A stretch of 63,294 bases of DNA, filler included, from Octopus bimaculoides (GCF_001194135.2; 5 parts of 5 records of this genome joined end to end with filler, not necessarily neighbours in it); one strand, 5' to 3'. Shown: positions 49,711 to 63,063, counted from the whole stretch's first letter. A program made the numbers and translations. Notes: generated from the sequence alone by a model not told the origin.

Positions 49711-51569
49711 GTTATTTGTTATTCATGTTTATGGATTCGTAAGAAATCGCAGAGGAAAAGCAATATGTTTTCGCATTACGAAACTTGAAAATAAATCAAC
49801 CGTAATGAGTATATTGAAATATTATAAGATGCCTTGTTATATGGAGTTAAGACTCTATAAGACGTCAACTTTCCCATCCTTAGCGTTGGATTTTCTATAA
49901 AATTATTTCCCCAACAAACACAATGCTATAATTTGGTGGAAATATGTGTAGTTAATTGCATCGATCACCGTACTCAACTACTACTTATATTATTTACACC
50001 AGAAAGGAAGATACGAACTGTATACTAGCCAGTCTTCAATTCAGAAGTTATGCTGACGTAGCTAAACATCACTCAGAAAATCTTTTGATGCCCCATTGAT
50101 TCTACTAAAACACAAACCCCTCCCGCCAACAACTCCTCGTCCAGTATCTGTCATAATATTTTATCACAGATGTAAAACCGGAGAATAGCGAAACTTTAGA
50201 TTCATATATAATAACCTGGAACGTGGCAAATACCTATTTTATGGACCATAGTTTCTAAAGGTCAGCTTCGCACTGGTCAGTTCGTTTATTTTGCTACACA
50301 TTTTAAGATGGATTATTATTAAGGTTACATCCGTTTCTACTAATTATAGATATGTTTCTAATATTGGAAAAATTATTTCTGGTTGACATTGATTATGGCA
50401 CCTTGCAATTACCTTTATGTTCTTTAACCAAAAGACATCCTTGGGAAATATTTTTCTGTCATTATTAGAAAGTGCCTAATCCGGGAAATATCTTCAAGCA
50501 CAAACATATACTTTCCAAGTCGTTATGTGAATTGTATCTCTACGCTATGTATTCTTGCCTGAAGACGTATAGAATGATACACACCCGGAGTTTTTAATAT
50601 TTCTCCTAGAGATTATACAATCTCTTCACACTCACAAATTAATTTTAGCCTTATGATATTCTAAAGTTTTCTCCCTTACCTCTTTTGCGATGAACCTTCT
50701 TAATGCTAATTGACTAATCGAGGTTCTCATTAAAGGACATAATTTGAATTCATTAGTATTTACTACATTCACTACATTCTGAAAGATATCTCGCTTTTTC
50801 TATTAGCGCCTTTTGATTAGTTGTTGGCTCATGAATTAATTAATTAATTATGAAGTTCCCGATGTCAGCAATATCAACACAGTAGCATACTTGTTTTATA
50901 TCTAGTGTGTTTTTTTCTGTGACCTCCGTTTGTGTAGAAAGTTTACGTAAATATCAAAATATTAAAATGTGGAGTACTAAATGTGTAAATATTCCTTCAG
51001 TATCTTATATATTTATGAAATATTTTGATAACGCAAGCCTAAAGACAGTATTTTGTTTAAAAAAGAAACGTAAGTCAAAAGTTTCACTTTTGAATTTGTC
51101 ATCCAAATGTAGTATGTGATGAATCTGCAAATTCGATGTAATTATACTATGAACGATTAATTTGACTTGTCATGTCATGGTGATGGATGGCCCTTGTTTT
51201 CAAACAAATTGCTAATAAAAACTTAGTTTTCGTATCCATTTAGGTAAGCAAATAATACAAACAACGGCACTCATTTGATATTAGACTATGCTATTTTTGG
51301 TCAACTGTACAGAAGAAACATGTATGTGATGTACTATGTTCATATGCTTACATAGATATCTTCGTTGTGTTTCTTTTTCTATGTATGTAAGTATGTAGAT
51401 TTGTATGTTTCGTGTCATGTATCTATTCTCATGCATAGACTTGCATATCTAGATATGCTCACATATACTTAAATGATAAACATCTGGAAAGTTTTACAGA
51501 TTTTCATAGTTCCAGTGTTGGCTTAGAATTGTAGTCTTCGAATCAGCTTTCTCATTTTTTTTTTTTTTT

Positions 51570-51716
51570 AGAAGCCTGATTTCTCAAGATTGGTACTTAG
51601 GTAATGTGTTACATATCCTAGTGCTCCAATAATAACAAGTATAAATCTAAACTTGTAATCTGGATAGAGTAACTGTAGATCTCTCAATAGTTCAGAGTAG
51701 GTAGTTTCTGAGTGTT
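51570..51716 (-). mobile_element. RLE-type LINE C-terminal fragment next to (TATG)n
   Basis: YSELLRDLQLLYPDYKFRFILVIIGALGYV. Confidence 0.75.
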
Positions 51717-52838
51717 TGTATGTATGTATGTATGTATGTATGTATGTATGTATGCATGTATGTATGCATGTATGTATGTATGCATGTATGTATGTATGCA
51801 TGTATGTATGTATGCAATGCTTTAAAAATATAACTGCAGCTAAGATAATGAGGAATCCTTTCCAATATTTCTCATTGAGCGAACAACTCTTTGCAGAGTG
51901 TCATGTAGATAAGTGATATAGTTGAGCATCCATGCAGTTGCTAATGGAAATTAAACGCCTTCTAGTTGACGTCTCTCTGGTGTTGCTTACCAGAAATAGC
52001 ATATGAATATGTCTGAATTGAACCATACCGTTTTTTTTTGTTTTTTTTTTCTTATTTTTAGGAACGACGCAATTCATGATTTGTTCGAAATACGCTATTT
52101 GCAAATGCAACAAAAACAAAAAAGATCTGATGGCCACGAATAGAACATTGTTTCGCACAGGTAGTTCTACTATAGTAGACATCGTATGATAAAATAAGTA
52201 TTCGGCGTTTCTGGCTGTTTTACATTTTGCTAACAAAACTCTCTACTTATCTCCGAAAAGCTTGTCTTCCAGTTGCTCATAAATAAATCGAATTTATAGT
52301 AATCATATACGTTATACTAAGGTTCGAAATATGACCCCCGATATCCCATATTTTGAAGACGGCAAAACCAAGGTTATTCTTGGATCAAAATATTTTGTTC
52401 TCTCTCGTGAACTACTCGTGTTTGTTTCGACCTGTCAGTACAAGCAAAGTGATTTAGTCAGAAACTGTCTCTGCTCAATGCCCTTACACTTCAAACAAAA
52501 TCTTTGTACATCTCGTTTAGAGAGCAAACACGCCACTTATTTTATACTTGTATGCCTGTATATGTTTTCAGGTATGTATGCACGTGCGTGTGGGTGTGGA
52601 TATAATGGTGGCATGCTCAATAAATTCAGCAAGCATAAATTGACAGAATACACACACGCATAGATACTACACCTGCACGAATGCATAAATGNNNNNNNNN
52701 NATATATATATATATATGTATGTATGTATATGTATATATATATATGTATGTATAAATATATGTATATATATATCTTTGTATATATATGTGTGTATGCATG
52801 TATATATGTATATATAAGTATATATCCAAATCTCCTCG

Positions 52839-52881
<43 letters not shown>

Positions 52882-52891
52882 NNNNNNNNNN

Positions 52892-52933
<42 letters not shown>

Positions 52934-54027
52934 TATCTATCAATCAATCAATCTATCTATCTATACACACACCCACACTGACCAGCGTACGCAGGCATGA
53001 AACTCCCGCGTACAAATGCACGTATTTAAACATCATAAATTACTCGCTCTTTATTCACAATTTGCGGGGACAATAAATGTTATGCGATATTTCTGAAGTA
53101 TTCCTGTTGTAAGTAGTATGCAATTTCACACGACATCTAATTTTATAGCCCTTAATAGTGACCGCTGGTGGTGGTGGTGGTCGTGGTGTTGACGGTGGCG
53201 ATACTGCTGCTACTGCAGCTTGCATCGCAGCTGCTGATTTCATATTCTGTTGCTCGACAAATCAGAAGCTATCCATGTGATTCTCCTTTTGCTCGCCCTC
53301 TTTCCATTCATTTTTCTACTCTCATCTCTCGCTCTCCACTGTCTCCCTACTCCCACTCCCTATCTCGTTTTATGTACCTATTTGTCTCGCTCTATCCAAC
53401 TGTTTATCTGTCTATCTTTTCTTCCCTCTCTTTCTTTCTCTCTTCATTCTCCAACCGGCGATTGTTGGATTATTTTTCTCAATGCTCTTCCTTGACACGA
53501 ATCATTGCATGACGGGATAAACTTACCTAAATCCATATTTCTACTTTACTCTAATAAACAAGTAATATAAATGAACGCAATTTTAACACATTTCAAAGCA
53601 TACAGAATGTACTTAATGCTAACCATTTTATGTACAAATAATTCAACATAGCTTTCTATACTCATTTACATATAAAGGAATCTCTGTTCACCTGTTTCGT
53701 TTCATCAAAGTTGCTATGGGAGGAAAAAAAAAGATGTTTTAACTGTTTTGATAGAATTTTTTAACATCTTCTCATGAATATAGATTACTGGCAATCTTTT
53801 CTTTCTTTTAAATATCTTGATTACTTAAACTAAGATGAATAGAGTTGAGTGCCTGCTCAAAGTAGTACATAATGTATTATTAATGCGTGTAATGGAGAGA
53901 AAACATCTTAATGAAAGAAAAATCATTCGGGTAATATCGAGAGAGACGTTTTTGACTTTCATTCTTTATTATAATGTAGCTTGTAGCTATGATAATGATA
54001 TCACTTTCATTTAAGTTATTTTAGTTT

Positions 54028-54098
<71 letters not shown>

Positions 54099-54431
54099 AT
54101 GTATGTCTGCATTTGTGTGTTTGTGTGTGAGCGTATGTCTGCGCGTGGATATATGTAGATAGATGGATACACAGACAGATACACAGAAGGATAAATAGAT
54201 GTGTATGCATATTTGTGTGTGTATGCGCATACATATGAATTGCTATATATACGTAGGATTTTTTTTATATATATGCATATATGTGTGTGTGTGTGTGTGC
54301 GTGCGTGTGTGCGCGTAATCAGATACATGTATCTGTGTGTATGTATGTGCATTGTCCGTGTGATTAAAAATTCCCTTTAGCGTTTAAATGATACATAAAC
54401 TTCTCACGTTTTGATTTATAAAGATTTATTG

Positions 54432-54462
<31 letters not shown>

Positions 54463-54737
54463 TTGTTTTGCAAGATTTTTTTTATGTGAAATCGTGTGTT
54501 GAAACAGATGTTGTTGTACTTGGGGATGGTCATATTGCCAGTTTAGCCAATAAAAACACACGCACTGTATATTTGGTGTTAATTNNNNNNNNNNNNNNNN
54601 NNNNNNNNNNNNNNNNNNNNNNNNNNNNTTAATTAATTAANNNNNNNNNNNNNNNNNNNNNNNNNNNNNNNNNNNNNNNNNNNNAAATGGTGGACTAAAG
54701 AATATATTCAACCACTACCGTGGTTGAATGATATATA

Positions 54738-54739
<2 letters not shown>

Positions 54740-54774
<35 letters not shown>

Positions 54775-54905
54775 GCCTGTGTCTGTCCCTCACCATCGCT
54801 TGACAACCGATATTGGTGTGTTTACATCCCCGTAACTTAGCAGTTCGGCAAATGAGACCGATAGAATAAGTACCAGGCTTACAAGAATAAGTCTTAGGAT
54901 CGACT
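54740..54905 (+). mobile_element. SINE 3' half
   Basis: CATCGCTTGACAACCGAT..GATAGAATAAGTAC..CTTACAAGAATAAGTC is homologous to rc of 26340-26420. Confidence 0.75.
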
Positions 54906-55030
54906 AAAAGACTAATATATGTATATATATATATATATNNNNNNNNNNTACAAATAATAACAACAGACGAGGACAGGTGGTGTAAATAACAAAAGGATAT
55001 ATTAGTATGACGCTCGGGAATACGGAAAGT

Positions 55031-55065
55031 CTTTGACGTTTCGAGCTACGCTCTTCAACAGAAAG
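55031..55065 (-). ncRNA. Candidate minimal hammerhead motif, A6U variant
   Basis: rc: CTTT CTGTTGA A GAGC-GTA-GCTC GAAAC GTC AAAG. Confidence 0.5.
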
Positions 55066-56117
55066 TATACGGAGACAAGGAGAAAAACACGGAGAAAAAA
55101 AATTGAATAGTGTTCAGTCAACGGTCAATCATATATATTGTTTTGTTTATTTACTTATATTCATTTCGGAGTCCTATTATTATTGTTGATACCGTCATTG
55201 TTATTGTTGTTGTTGTTGTTGTTGTTGTTAGGATTGTGGTTAACCAGCAGTTTATTATATTGCATTTAAAGCATATTTTTTTTAAAAGTTAATATTTAAG
55301 TAGGGAACAAAAGACAGAGAAAAATCTACACAGATGTATCTATCGTCCCCTATCGACCCCATATAAAAATTTTTCACCGCATATTTTGAGAACCTTTGTC
55401 ATAAAAAAAAATTATTTAAATTTGGTCGATTTCCAATATTTAAAAAAAATTGGGTTTTTTTTCAGTATCTTGCAAAAATATTTCAGAGACAAATTTTTCT
55501 TAACTCTATAATCTGTTTGGAGCCAATCTGTCATCTCCGCAAGTTCCACAGCAGCTTTAATGAACGTCTTTTCTCATAGTAAGCACATAGATATTCTATT
55601 AGTAAGTCAAAGTACATTTCCATATACTCAAGTGAACATTGTTTGTCTGCACCTCTCCATAATAAATATCAGCTGTCGCCGTTGTACTTATTACAAATTA
55701 TGATCAATTTGCCACAATACACACGCAGCTATCAGGTCTCTGATATCTCTACAGTAGTTATAGTTGCTGGGTATTCAGTTTGTTACTACTCTACCAGGTT
55801 CCAACCTGACACTGTAACACAGAGACGACGCGGCCGGGATATTCAGTGTAGCATTGTCACAACCCAGATTTTTACTACACGTAAGAATGTTAATCTTTGA
55901 TTTAGCTAAAATAGTTTTAAATGTTACAACATGACTACAACATTAACGATGAATGACACAGGTAAGTTGTTTAATGAGTGTTAAAAAAGATAGGGCGAAT
56001 GAATGAAGTAAATTCATTCATGTGGAACCAGGCATTTCATACACTTATTTACTGTTTTGCGACTCCTGATAATAATAAATCGTTATATAACCATATTATT
56101 ATGATGCAGTGGAGTAG

Positions 56118-56240
56118 GGCGGCGAGCTAGCAGAATCGTGAGCACGCCGGTTAATATGCTTATTTGTAGTTTGTCTGCTGCTATGTTTTGAGTTCAAATT
56201 CCGCTGAGGTTGACTTACCTTTTTATCCTTATATAGTGGT
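56118..56240 (+). mobile_element. tRNA-derived SINE 5' part
   Basis: GGCGGCGAGCTAGCAGAATCG A-box region; GAGTTCAAATTCC B box. Confidence 0.75.
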
Positions 56241-56924
56241 GTAGCCAAAAGAATGTGCCGTTCCGGAGCAATCCTTGAATTTACTTTCGCTCCAACCCCT
56301 ACAAACCCCTCCCCCGAAATAAAACCATCACTCATTGTGGGCCACAATGGAACTGTTATTTGGAAATCTGTTGAAATTTTTTTTTCTAAAATAAAAAGAA
56401 AGCAGAATTTAAAGATGGCACCGTTTTTGCGAGTCGACTAGTAAGATATAGAAGGATGTGGTTTAAAGAGTCAACCACAACAACTCTTGGATTATCTCCT
56501 CTGTTTGTCAAAAACACATCATTCGTTCTTAAAAAAGATCTGAGATTACCTCCTCCATTTCTTTTCCAGATGATCAGGAAGAAAATCAGAGCTGGATGTA
56601 TAAATGTAAGTTGTCTGGGGTAAGCTTGGACCTAAAACGGCTTGCTTAACGACCTCTGATCACCAGAACAAAAGAATTCCGAATTCTATGAGCCGGCGAG
56701 TGTCAGCACTGTTGAAAAAGACGCTGAATAGCGGGTGGGTGTAACTAATTATTTCCGGTCCCTAATTCTGCTGAATGCAGAATTAAATATCATAGCCCGG
56801 GCGCTAGCAAAGAGATTGGCGCATGTCACTGAGCGTGTGGTTAGAAATGCGCAGATGTGCAGAATTCCAAACAAGTTTATCCACGACAATCTCCGCCTCT
56901 TCTAGAGAAGGTAGAGTGTTGAGT

Positions 56925-57095
56925 AAAATGATTAGCTGCATTTTTGCCCGCTCTTTACATTCTTCAGTTCAAATTCCGCCTAGGTCAGCTTTGCCTTTTA
57001 TTCTTTCGGGACACATGAAATGAGTACCAGTTGAGCACTGGTGTCGATATAATCGACTGGCTCCCTCTCCCAGAATTTGAAGCCTCGTACCTATA
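56925..57095 (+). mobile_element. tRNA-derived SINE fragment
   Basis: AGTTCAAATTCCGCC..CTTTGCCTTT..AGTACCAGTTGAGCACTGG..GTCGATATAATCGAC. Confidence 0.75.
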
Positions 57096-57976
57096 CTTTT
57101 ATCACATTTCACTGTCTTTTCCATTTCTTTCTCCTCATGCTTTATGTAAAGCCCCACACAAATTGTTGTCTGTCCTTGTTATGTCCCCTTCCTCTATGTC
57201 CCTCAGGCTAATAAAAGAAATTTATAAAAGATCATCATCATCATCATGACTATTATCATGATCAATCATGATCATTACTACTACAACTACTACTACCACT
57301 ATTATTCATTTACTGGAGTCTGAATATTGAATTTCTGTCATTTGAAACATCTCCAATGAGCTTATCACACACGTGTGCGCCCGCAAAAGCGCGCACACAT
57401 ACACATACAGGAGTTCAATATGTGGGATTACTTAACTTGCTAGAAATAACAGTCAAATATTTGTTTTACAAAGGAAGGGTATATTATCAACATGGTCGGA
57501 AGTAAACTGTCAGAAAAGATGGGAGGGAGGATCGCACAGAGACGGTCCTCCTTCGAAGATGAAATATTCACAGTTATACGCAAATTCAACGAGCAAGTGG
57601 TACCATTCATCCAACAGTTGAATACTCGTATTCGAACCGACGGAGATCCACTTATGACAAAACATATATATATATATTTATATATAACCTCCACCAACTA
57701 CACTGCCCATCTATCTGTGCATACCTGTCAATGCCATGTATACCACCAAGTTCTGCAAATCTAACGGGGGCTCCAAAAAGACATTTTAAGATCCACAAAG
57801 GTCAGAACTTAACTGCAATTCTTGGTGGTCCAAAACAGATATGCAATTTATGTGTGTGTCTTTTCAAAACATTGGTTTAAAAAATTACATTCGATGCCAT
57901 GATAAATCTAAGCTGTAAGTACAAGAGGTGATCAAACTCTGCATAAACAGTAGATAACCACCATATATAAATGTGT

Positions 57977-58026
<50 letters not shown>

Positions 58027-58313
58027 NNNNNNNNNNNNNNNNNNNNNNNNNNNNNNNNNNNNNNNNNNNNNNNNNNNNNNNNNNNNNNNNNNNNNNNNNN
58101 NNNNNNNNNNNNNNNNNNNNNNNNNNNNNNNNNNNNNNNNNNNNNNNNNNNNNNNNNNNNNNNNNNNNNNNNNNNNNNNNNNNNNNNNNNNNNNNNNNNN
58201 NNNNNNNNNNNNNNNNNNNNNNNNNNNNNNNNNNNNNNNNNNNNNNNNNNNNNNNNNNNNNNNNNNNNNNNNNNNNNNNNNNNNNNNNNNNNNNNNNNNN
58301 NTATACTTTAGAG

Positions 58314-58623
58314 CAGTGCTACTCAAAGTGGTTGTCTGTGGATCGGTGCCGGTCCGCAAGCCATCAGCTGCCGGTACGCAAGCCATCAGCTGCCGGTACA
58401 TGGCGAGTTTCCAGAAAAGAAAGAAACATTATAAAATGCTTATAAAATGCTTATGTAATATTGTATTATTTGTTTACAAAATAAACATAAGATAAAAAAA
58501 AAAATTGACAACTTTTATATTGTTTCCGGTATAAATTAACACTACTAAGAAATATTACCGGTCCCTGGTACATTGGAAAAAATAACTGCCGGTCTGCCAC
58601 ATCAGATAGTTTGAGAAGCACTG
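58314..58623. mobile_element. hAT-type MITE with perfect 8-bp TSD
   Basis: TIRs CAGTGCTACTCAAA / TTTGAGAAGCACTG; TSD CTTTAGAG at 58306-58313 and 58624-58631; internal ~21-bp tandem duplication. Confidence 0.95.
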
Positions 58624-58855
58624 CTTTAGAGCAGAGCGTTAGGAAAGTAAATGACTTAATACCATATGATAAACCAACAGGAGTTACGTAATCACTTTCA
58701 ATAGCTTACCGCTGATTCTGCTACGAGAAACAGAGATGAGTGCTTGTGTAACGTGCTGTAGCTTCCTCGGAGCCATTAAAACGAAGTGTATGTTTATTTC
58801 GGAAAGCAGTTAGATAGGTGAAGAGGGTGAGAAGCCCTGTTCAGTGATGCACATA

Positions 58856-59711
58856 CATGGTCTGATCAATAAGTATTGGAACTGTTGCCATAGTAACGAA
58901 GCTAAAGCAGACAGAGTGAAACCCCTTGCCACCGATTGACCATGAACTCTGCTGTGCATACGCACTAAGTTATAACGTTCTAGCACACTTCTGCTGTTTG
59001 CAACAGTGCTTGACAATGACAGTGAAAGTTGAGCAGAGAATCTGCATCAAATTTTGCCAAAAGCTTGGCGATACCTTCTCAGAGGCCTACGCAAAGTTTT
59101 AAAAAAACTTTCATCGTTCTCGACACAATGAAGAAGAGTACAATCCTAACCCGAGTGTCTTTGTGGTTAGCTGAAAGCAGTTTTGGAACAAACTTGGCAG
59201 ACACGCTTCTACTACCCAAATCTTCAGTGATAATGGACTGAACTGAACCGTAACTAATCTGCACATCCCCTGACAACTTACAGATGGTGATTCGACGATT
59301 TACCCTCACAGCTGCACGCACACCAGTGATGTTTTCTCAGTTCTGCTGGTGGCGGGTCTCCCAGAACGTTCGTCAATATCAACATTTTTTCGGCCATCTT
59401 GAAAACGTCTGAACCATTCGTACACTTGTGTGTGACTTGTACACTCCTCTCCATACACTTTCTGCAACTTTGCGTAGGCCTCTGAGCAGGTATTGGTATG
59501 ACAACTTTATTTGACATGATCAATGCGACGATCACACGCTACACACCTTCCTTCCAAGCACTCTCGTAAACAGCGGAAGTGCGCTAGAACGTTAAAACTT
59601 AGTGCACATGTACAGCAGAGTTCAAGGTCAATCTTTGTCAAGCGGCTTTACTCTGTGTACTTAAACTTCTTTACTATGGCAACAGTACGGATACTTATTG
59701 ATCAGACCTCG
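58856..59711. mobile_element. Mariner derivative made of two inverted left ends
   Basis: TIRs GGTCTGATCAATAAGTA at both ends with flanking TA; transposase N-terminal sequence on + (59015-59100) and on - (59140-59500, SAKFVPKLL). Confidence 0.85.
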
Positions 59712-59784
59712 TATTCACATATACATATATATTCATATAACCGCATAATAAATATGCATTTATCTATGCATACACATACAGATA

Positions 59785-59817
<33 letters not shown>

Positions 59818-60148
59818 NNNNNNNNNNNNNNNNNNNNNNNNNNNNNNNNNNNNNNNNNNNNNNNNNNNNNNNNNNNNNNNNNNNNNNNNNNNNNNNNNNN
59901 NNNNNNNNNNNNNNNNNNNNNNNNNNNNNNNNNNNNNNNNNNNNNNNNNNNNNNNNNNNNNNNNNNNNNNNNNNNNNNNNNNNNNNNNNNNNNNNNNNNN
60001 NNNNNNNNNNNNNNNNNNNNNNNNNNNNNNNNNNNNNNNNNNNNNNNNNNNNNNNNNNNNNNNNNNNNNNNNNNNNNNNNNNNNNNNNNNNNNNNNNNNN
60101 NNNNNNNNNNNNNNNNNNNNNNNNNNNNNNNNNNNNNNNNNNNNNNNN

Positions 60149-60219
<71 letters not shown>

Positions 60220-60544
60220 AAGTGCTTTTATGTATGGAAGCGAACGTAAGCATGTGTACGTATATTGATATATTTTTGGAATTCAAAGTCGCCCTGTATC
60301 GTTCGTTGCTCAAATTTTCTCGCATCTGACGATCGCTTTAGCAATAAAACCGCCATAGCGACGCTTCTAAACTTCGAATTTTCAATACATCGATACAGAC
60401 TTCAAAATGTATTGAATTTGCTATTTTCTGATAGAACTTGATGAATACAATGCAGTAATCCCCTATACTCGAAAATAAACACAAAGATACACGTGCACAT
60501 ACGCGGACGTACATACATACATACATACATACATACACGCGCAT

Positions 60545-60846
60545 ATTATTATTATCATTATTATTATCATTATTATTATTATTATTATTATTGTTATTAT
60601 TATTATTGTTATTATTATTATTATTATTATTATTCAGTAGTTTTATTTTTATAACGTGCTTTCACTTCACTACCGAGCGCAGCTCTGTGCGCCTTGGGTA
60701 TGTGCTGTGGTTTGCTGTGGTGCTCTTATGTTTACTGTATTGAAAGTGTTTTGCGTAGAATGTGTGCAGTGCCCAGTAGTGCAATTTTCTGTATGTTATA
60801 TATATTTGTAAGTCCTGGTGTTTTTGTTATGTATTTGTCTGAATAT
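60545..60846 (-). mobile_element. R4/Dong-clade LINE 3' end with (TAA)n tail or target
   Basis: rc translates KYITKTPGLTNIYNIQKIALLGTAHILRKTLSIQ*, then a short 3'UTR, then (AAT)n. Confidence 0.9.
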
Positions 60847-60947
60847 NNNNNNNNNNNNNNNNNNNNNNNNNNNNNNNNNNNNNNNNNNNNTTAATTAATT
60901 AANNNNNNNNNNNNNNNNNNNNNNNNNNNNNNNNNNNNNNNNNNNNA

Positions 60948-61512
60948 AACGGCAGTTTATTTTGGTTGTCGTTCAGTTCATGCAGCACTCATTTCTCAAG
61001 TATTTTTGTTTTTCCAAACTCTTTCAAGTGGTTGGAAATTGTCGTATACGTTACGTTTAATTCAGAAGCAAGCTCTTGAACAATTGTGCGTGGATTGGCT
61101 TCGACTAAAGCCCTTAGCTGATCGTTGTCAATATCCGATAGCCGACCACTACGCTTATCATCTTCAAGACTCTCGTCACCACTACAAAATTTCTTGAACC
61201 ACCATTGTGCTTTACGTTCATTAGTGGTTCCTGGGCCAAATGCATTGTTGATATTGTGAGCTGTTTCAGCAGCTTTTCAGCCTAGCTTGAACTGAAATAA
61301 GAAAATTGTGTGAATTTGCTTTTTGTCCATGTTGTATTCAACAAAAAATGGCCCAATTATTCAAAAAGAAAAAGAGTGACCTGATTAGATAGAGCGAAAA
61401 ACGGGCTTCAAAATGATATATAAAGTCAAAGTAATTTAATGAAAATTAATTTGAAAATACATCATTTAAAACCAATATTAAAAGTTCTGCAAGAACTTTC
61501 TTGACAACCTAA
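60948..61512 (-). mobile_element. Mariner (Hsmar1-like) 5' half, cut by scaffold pad
   Basis: rc from ATG at 61330: MDKKQIHTIFLFQFKLG*KAAETAHNINNAFGPG..QWWFKKFCSGDESLED..RSGR; TIR TTAGGTTGTCAAGAAAG with TA at 61513-61514. Confidence 0.9.
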
Positions 61513-61680
61513 TAGGTGCAGGCCTTACTGCGTGGTAAGAAGTTTACTTCCCAACTACATGGTTTTGGGTTCAGTCTTACTGAATGGCATGTTGGTCAAG
61601 TGTTCTTCACTTTAACTCTGTGCTGACCAAAGCCTCACCAGTGGATTTGGTTGGCAGAAAATGAAAGAAGCACATTATAT
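61513..61680 (+). mobile_element. tRNA-derived SINE 5' part
   Basis: ATAGGTGCAGG..GTGGTAAGAAG..GGGTTCAGTC; same family as 26269-26600. Confidence 0.8.
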
Positions 61681-61906
61681 ATATTGATATATATATACAT
61701 ATATATGGTTCAAAATTTGTAGAAAACAAAAGTCAAAAACAGGTGAGGGAACAACAAGCAGGTCTATTGGTTTAATGGTCAAAGTAAAATGGAAAAGTCT
61801 GTCATTCAAGCTTGTGCTCATTAAGAGAAAGGGACGAGAGGGGAAAAATAAGGAGAGAAAGGAAAAAAATAGAGAGAGAAAAAATGTGCTTAATGGTTTT
61901 CACTTG

Positions 61907-61951
<45 letters not shown>

Positions 61952-61957
<6 letters not shown>

Positions 61958-62690
61958 GGAGAGAAGAAAACAAATTCAAAGGCCTATGTATATATTCATT
62001 CAATCCATATTAACGAAATTCTCCATGGTATACAAAGTACATACATAGATGCATTCATCTATATGTATCTATAGAAAGTTTTACATAAGTAGTACCATTG
62101 ATTTTAAAAGTAGATATAGGGTGCATATAAACTCGTTCACTCATCACGAAACAAAAAACTCAACTACACTAGCAACCTATATCAATAGATTAAAAATGAA
62201 CAACAAAAAATTCAGTATGAATTTGTCTATAATAAGAGAAGCCACACCATATAATGCACACATGAAGAATTGCGATTTATGCACAACGGAGGCGATCCAC
62301 ATAATCCGAGCCAACAAAAATAGTTTACTCAAAAAAATATCTGACGTTATAATTACCTGTAGACACAAATATCTTTCGACGTTTAAATTTTTCAAAAATA
62401 ATTAAACTATAGGATTCTAATTTAGCCTTTCTTCATATGGACTCTTCTAAAACTTTATATTATATACAGCATTGTAATATACCTTATATTATACTTTGTG
62501 TTTAATATCATATGCCCGAAGATAATGGTCCAATCAAACATTTGATTTTTATTTAACACACCTTTTCTTTTAAAATTTTAACTTAGTGATTCTATTAACT
62601 CTGATGAGAGAAATATAGAGTATTGCTATGGTTGGAGTTAGCTCACCCATAGCAACCTATATCTTTTTGAAACTGTTGTAAGACTTTATA
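61952..62690 (+). mobile_element. PLE 3' fragment (GIY-YIG C-terminus, 3'UTR, hammerhead motif)
   Basis: VYEV..FYISSTIDFKSRY..H..STTLATYI..CDLCTTEAIHI..CRHKY; an inverted partial copy lies at 63064-63177. Confidence 0.85.
62594..62687 (+). ncRNA. Candidate hammerhead motif with long stem II
   Basis: CTGATGA at 62601, long imperfect hairpin including TTGCTATGG/CCATAGCAA, then GAAAC TGTT GTA; stem I is only 2 bp in this copy. Confidence 0.5.
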
Positions 62691-62778
62691 CATAGACTTT
62701 ATATATATATGTTCCAGACTCCTTATGAATCATTTTACATCCACTTTATCATCCTCTTCATTCGAACTTTGCAAGTAC

Positions 62779-62905
62779 TTCGGGTTCAGTCCCACCGCAT
62801 GGCACCTTGGGTAAGTGTCTTCTGCTATAGCCCCGAGCTGACTGAAGCTTTGTGATTGAATTTGGTAGGCGGAAGTTACTGCCTTGTGTGTATATGTCTG
62901 TGTAT
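62779..62905 (+). mobile_element. SINE fragment
   Basis: GGGTTCAGTCCCACCGCATGGCACCTTGGGTAAGTGTCTTCT. Confidence 0.8.
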
Positions 62906-63063
62906 GTGCTTGTGCCTCTCTCCAAAAGAGAGAGAGGGAAAAAAAAAAAATTTATGAATTTTTTTATGTGTTTATAACTTTTTATATGTATATGAATTTT
63001 TATATAGATATTAATTTTCGTGTATATGTATGTATTTATAAATTCTTAGAAATTTTTATATAT

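Noticed and set aside
38783-60249. Many ORF-track entries rich in YI/CV/HT/SL/ER or homopolymeric residues
   Set aside because: They are translations of di-, tri- and tetranucleotide microsatellites, not genes.
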